48,062 bases of DNA from Candidatus Dojkabacteria bacterium (GTDB lineage Archaea > Nanobdellota > Nanobdellia > Pacearchaeales > GW2011-AR1), in the NCBI GenBank assembly GCA_017610445.1, contig JAFCCB010000004.1, positions 1 through 48,062 of the forward strand, read 5' to 3'. Positions 44,206 through 48,062 of this stretch are shown here, piece after piece. The position numbers and the translations under genes are program-made. The notes beneath the pieces are model-generated. The model saw nothing but the letters and a program-made list of their open reading frames with translations, searched no databases and was not told the origin of the DNA. Numbering within the stretch: position 1 is the stretch's first letter; every line of letters starts with the position of its first letter.

Positions 44206-45231
44206 TTATTTATCAACATTCACACCATATCTTCTCACAGCATCTTTTTTAATATAATTCATAATAACTGGAAAATCTTTAACAGGTTCAATTCTTTTTT
44301 TTCTTTTAGCAATTTTTAAAATTTTATTTTTTTCCCATTCACGAGGTTCAATTTTAAGTTTTATTGAAAAACCATATTTAGAAACATCCCAATCAGGAAG
44401 GGAATATTTTTGAGGTTCAATCCCTCTACATTCATCAATACCAGGAACTAACCAAGGAACAATAAAACCATTTAATCCAATATTAAAATTTCTTTTTTTC
44501 ATATCAACAAATAAAAAATCTCCAGAATACCATTTGCCCCTAACTTTTTCGCTTGCTTTTCTTGAAACAGCACTTGATTGAATACCAAGACTTATCAATT
44601 CTTTCTCAAGAATTAAAGTCATAGACTTATTAAAATCAGGATTATTATCTTTAAGCGCCTTGCCTGCAAGATAAACTCCTAAAAAATTTGAAAAACTATC
44701 TTCCCAAGTAAATGCGCTAGGAAACTCTGGATAAAAACCTGTTGATTTATAACCAAACCAAGTAAGCATTTCATGCCAAGTAACTCCTGTATAAGAAAAA
44801 TATTGTCCAAGTTTAATAGAAATATCTTTAGCAGCAGTTTCTTTTTCTTCCTGAAACAAATTATTCCAATTTTTAGGATAATCTAATTTAACAAAATACA
44901 TAGAAGGCTCTTTCATTTTAAAACAAAACTCTTCATCTTCTTTAATCAAATGTTTAAAAGATTCATCTGCAAAATATTTTGTCCAATCCGCAGATTTTCT
45001 TAAATGAGCCATATCAATATGCCCTGCTTTACAAGTATACACTTGTCCTCTACCTTCAAATGCAGAACCATGAGTCCTTAAATCTTTTAATCCTTGAAAA
45101 TCAGTTGCCACTGTTGCACTTGCATAAGAACCAATTCTTGATTTTATTCCATTACTTATACACCCAGAAGCAAAAGCCAAACCAATTACAGCACTATAAT
45201 CTAAATTCTTCACAATTTTCTCTAAACCCAT
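44206..45231 (-). CDS. hypothetical secreted/lipoprotein-like protein
   Basis: 341 aa. The N-terminal hydrophobic segment ends in the lipobox-like LAFASGC. No catalytic motif recognised. Confidence 0.4.
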   Translation of the reverse strand: MGLEKIVKNLDYSAVIGLAFASGCISNGIKSRIGSYASATVATDFQGLKDLRTHGSAFEGRGQVYTCKAGHIDMAHLRKSADWTKYFADESFKHLIKEDEEFCFKMKEPSMYFVKLDYPKNWNNLFQEEKETAAKDISIKLGQYFSYTGVTWHEMLTWFGYKSTGFYPEFPSAFTWEDSFSNFLGVYLAGKALKDNNPDFNKSMTLILEKELISLGIQSSAVSRKASEKVRGKWYSGDFLFVDMKKRNFNIGLNGFIVPWLVPGIDECRGIEPQKYSLPDWDVSKYGFSIKLKIEPREWEKNKILKIAKRKKRIEPVKDFPVIMNYIKKDAVRRYGVNVDK

Positions 45232-45280
45232 ATCTTAAAATAAATTAATTATTTTAAAAATATTTATGCAGTATAAAATA

Positions 45281-46573
45281 TCAAACCAAAAACTCATTGC
45301 CAAGATGGGGATTAAATTCTCCAGAAATATTCTCCAACATCTTGCGAGCAGTAGCCACAGAACCTCTCCAGTTTGGATGCCCCAATACCCACCCTAACTT
45401 AACCAATCCTGTTTCAGGCAAAATATCTTTTAAATAAACAACACCAATTTTATTTAATTTTCTTCCAGGAGAATAAACAAAAGGGTCTAATCTTCCATAG
45501 ATAGTTTGGGGAACAGCATAAACAAACATTCCTTTTTCAATTAATTTTTTTAAAACAGGAACCCAATTATTTTTCCCTTCTGATAAAACATGCCCTAATC
45601 CTGACATTTCAATCACTAAACCTCTATATCTTTTTTTTCTGTAAAAATCTAAAACATTGGGATTTTGTCCAGGATAAAATTTTAACAATGCAACTCTATC
45701 ATCAAAAACAGCATCAACATCTATTTTCTTCTTCCCCCTTTTATTTACATTATTATCAATCATTTCAATTTTCCCATCCTGCCAAATTTTTGCAATCGGC
45801 TTGCAATTAATTGGACGAAAAGTATCTCTTCTGGAGGTATGCATTTTCCTTACTTTAGTTCCTCTAAGAGCATAACAATAATTATCATTTGTAGATGCAT
45901 GTCCAACTAACATAACTTCTGCAATATCCCCTAAAGCCATATGAGCAGAACAAATCAAATTCAGCTGAGCATCAGAACTTCCCCTGTCAGAACTTCTCTG
46001 CGAATAAGTAAGAACAACAGGCTTATTCAGCTTACCAAGCATAAAACTCAGGGCAGAAGAAGTATAATGCAAAAAATCAGTCCCATGGCTGATAATAACC
46101 CCTTTAACCTGAGGATTATTCAAACTTTTCCCGACTAATTTAGCTAATTTAATCCAATCCTTGCCAAACATATTTTCGCTTGCTTTTGAAAAAGGAGTTT
46201 TAACTCTGATGTCTGCAACCTCAAAAATCCCAGGATACATAGCAAAAAGTTCTTTATCTTCAATCAGCCATTTAACCCCTCCTGTTTCAGGATCTAACTT
46301 TGATGAAATTGTCCCGCCTGTTAAATAAAAATCAATAATTGGCTTTTTCCCAGATAATTTTAACTCCTCGCTTTCTTTCTTTTCTTTTTTCTTTTCAATA
46401 ATTTTAATATTAGAAATATCTTCTTTTTTCAAACCAATATTATATCCATTCTCTAGTTTTAAAAGCAAAACACCTCTGTCATGGCTGTCAAGCAAAGTTC
46501 CTTGTTCAGTTCTCCCATCTAAAATTACTTTAATTTTATCTCCTGCTTCAGGAGTTTTAAATTGTTTTTTCAT
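45281..46573 (-). CDS. gatD: Glu-tRNA(Gln) amidotransferase subunit D (asparaginase-like)
   Basis: N-terminal barrel domain, then asparaginase blocks TGGTISS, HGTDFL and SQRSSDRGSSDA; 430 aa. Confidence 0.85.
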   Translation of the reverse strand: MKKQFKTPEAGDKIKVILDGRTEQGTLLDSHDRGVLLLKLENGYNIGLKKEDISNIKIIEKKKEKKESEELKLSGKKPIIDFYLTGGTISSKLDPETGGVKWLIEDKELFAMYPGIFEVADIRVKTPFSKASENMFGKDWIKLAKLVGKSLNNPQVKGVIISHGTDFLHYTSSALSFMLGKLNKPVVLTYSQRSSDRGSSDAQLNLICSAHMALGDIAEVMLVGHASTNDNYCYALRGTKVRKMHTSRRDTFRPINCKPIAKIWQDGKIEMIDNNVNKRGKKKIDVDAVFDDRVALLKFYPGQNPNVLDFYRKKRYRGLVIEMSGLGHVLSEGKNNWVPVLKKLIEKGMFVYAVPQTIYGRLDPFVYSPGRKLNKIGVVYLKDILPETGLVKLGWVLGHPNWRGSVATARKMLENISGEFNPHLGNEFLV

Positions 46574-46615
46574 ATTACAACAATATTTAAAACATTATAA
46601 AAAACTTGTTATTTT

Positions 46616-47016
46616 ATGAAATTAAATGTTCTTCAACAATGGGAAATAAAACACCAAGAAAAAATCCAAAAAGAACTAAAACAAGCAGGAATTGAACTAA
46701 CTCTAAAAAATATCCAAAAATAGTATCTGAAACAAGTTTTAAAATAAGAAGTAAAAAATATCCAGATGAATGCCCATATTACAAATTAAATTATTCTTGT
46801 CATCCTGAAATAAAAGATTTAAATTGTTTCCTTTGTGCTTGTCCAAATTATGATTCTTCAAAACTTGAAGGGGGATGCAAAATCAATAGTAAATTTGGTA
46901 AATGGAAATATCATCAAAATCTACCAAAAGGAAAAGTTTGGGATTGTTCTGATTGTAACATAAATCATACTCCTAAAGAAGTTAGAAAATATTTAAGAAA
47001 CCTTATTAAATCCTAA
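46616..47016 (+). pseudogene. cysteine-rich small-domain protein requiring a -1 frame change at an A-run
   Basis: A 35-codon ORF (ATG 46616, TAG 46721) is followed in the -1 frame by an open frame (46696-47016) with no start codon. That frame encodes ECPYYKLNYSCHPEIKDLNCFLCACPNY...GGCKI...WDCSDCNINH. The switch fits the heptamer A-AAA-AAT at 46705-46711. Confidence 0.45.
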
Positions 47017-47030
47017 ATCCATCTTATGTT

Positions 47031-48062
47031 ATGGCAAAAAAACAGGAAGCCCCTTGCATAGGTTTAGAAGTCCACGGCTATTTAAAAACAAAAGAAAAAT
47101 TGTTCTGCACATGCAAGAACTTCCACGATATGAAATTAATTAAACCAAATACAAATATTTGCCCAATCTGCACAGGAATGCCTGGCTCTAAACCAATGCT
47201 TCCAAACAAATCAGCAATTGATAAACTTCTTCAAATAGCATTATTACTAAATTGCAAACCAAATTTATTTCCACCAAAACCTTTAATCTTTCAAAGAAAA
47301 CATTATAATTGGCCAGACATGCCAACAGGTTATCAAAAAACAATTTCAGGAGCCCACTCAATCCCAGTTGCAGAAAATGGAAAGTTCCTAGGAATCAAAA
47401 TCACAGAAGTCCATTTAGAAGAAGACCCTGCTGCATGGAACCCCAATAAAGGAACAATAGATTATAACAGAGCAGGAGCACCTTTAGTTGAAATAGTAAC
47501 AGAACCAGATTTTACTTCAGCAGAACAAGTTAAAAACTGGTTAAAACAATTAGTCCTTACTTTATCTTACATAAAAGCATTAAACAAAGATGCAGGAATT
47601 AAAGCAGATGTTAATGTAAATATTAAAGGGCTAACACCAAGGGCAGAAATCAAAAATGTAAATTCAATAAAAGAAATAGTAAAATCAATTAACTCAGAAC
47701 TTAAAAGACATGCAAAAGAAAAACCAATTCATCAAGAAACAAGAAGATGGAATCCAACAACAAACAAAACAGAACTTATGAGAACAAAAGAACAGCAGGC
47801 AGATTACAGATTTATTCCAGATCCTGACTTGCCAATAATAAAAATATCCAAACAAAGAATTCAAAAAATACAAAACCAGCTTCCAGAATCTCCTCAGCAA
47901 AAACTTGAAAAAATAATCAAAAGACATAAAATAAATCCGAAAGATGCAGAAGTTCTTACACAAAATTTAGAAATCACAGAACTTTTTGAAAAAGTAGTTG
48001 AAAAAATCAATCCAAAAATTGCACTTCCTTGGATAACTGTTGAATTATTAGGAGTTCTTAAT
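47031..48062 (+). CDS. gatB: Asp/Glu-tRNA amidotransferase subunit B (3' end beyond the window)
   Basis: Not in the track because it runs off the window. MAKKQEAPCIGLEVHGYLKTKEKLFCTC, HYNWPDMPTGYQKT, VHLEEDPAA, DYNRAGAPLVEIVTEPD and ADVNVNIKG are GatB blocks. 344 codons are open to the last base. Confidence 0.85.
   Translation, partial: MAKKQEAPCIGLEVHGYLKTKEKLFCTCKNFHDMKLIKPNTNICPICTGMPGSKPMLPNKSAIDKLLQIALLLNCKPNLFPPKPLIFQRKHYNWPDMPTGYQKTISGAHSIPVAENGKFLGIKITEVHLEEDPAAWNPNKGTIDYNRAGAPLVEIVTEPDFTSAEQVKNWLKQLVLTLSYIKALNKDAGIKADVNVNIKGLTPRAEIKNVNSIKEIVKSINSELKRHAKEKPIHQETRRWNPTTNKTELMRTKEQQADYRFIPDPDLPIIKISKQRIQKIQNQLPESPQQKLEKIIKRHKINPKDAEVLTQNLEITELFEKVVEKINPKIALPWITVELLGVLN

Overview
AT-rich archaeal chromosomal segment. 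The gene content is an archaeal information-processing core: aRF1, TBP, MCM, ATP-dependent DNA ligase, aIF1A, aIF2-beta, L15e, NAC, Sec61-beta, GatDE and FtsZ/MinD. There are many small orphan ORFs and almost no metabolism, so I infer a small-genome DPANN-like archaeon; the sequence does not prove this. I support about 60 protein genes, 3 tRNAs (Gly-CCC, Ile-GAU, Asn-GUU) and several repeats. The 3' third of the window concentrates the tRNA-dependent amidation machinery: gatA, gatC-like, aspS, gatE, gatD, gatB, with tRNA-Asn nearby. The most unusual part is a roughly 5-kb accessory island between mcm and an RPA-like gene (23.7-28.8 kb). It holds a three-gene cassette: a catalytically eroded MetRS paralog overlapping a Pol-beta nucleotidyltransferase, plus a divergent alpha/beta hydrolase. 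The cassette is bracketed by long patchy inverted repeats that fold like paralogous structured RNAs. Next come a GC-rich structured non-coding block, a micro-ORF bracketed by the same repeat motif, and a frameshifted AbrB-PIN pair. Other notable items are a perfect 54-bp direct repeat (a valS 3' relic) flanking a kinase-like ORF, a 54-bp x4 tandem repeat upstream of tRNA-Ile, a GatE lacking its insertion domain, a Fic protein with Gln in place of the catalytic His, a BCCP-like domain without the biotinyl-lysine, and four small accessory genes broken by single-nucleotide frame changes. No CRISPR array, rRNA, transposase or integrase was recognised. All protein calls rest on motif recognition by eye. 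No database search was run.
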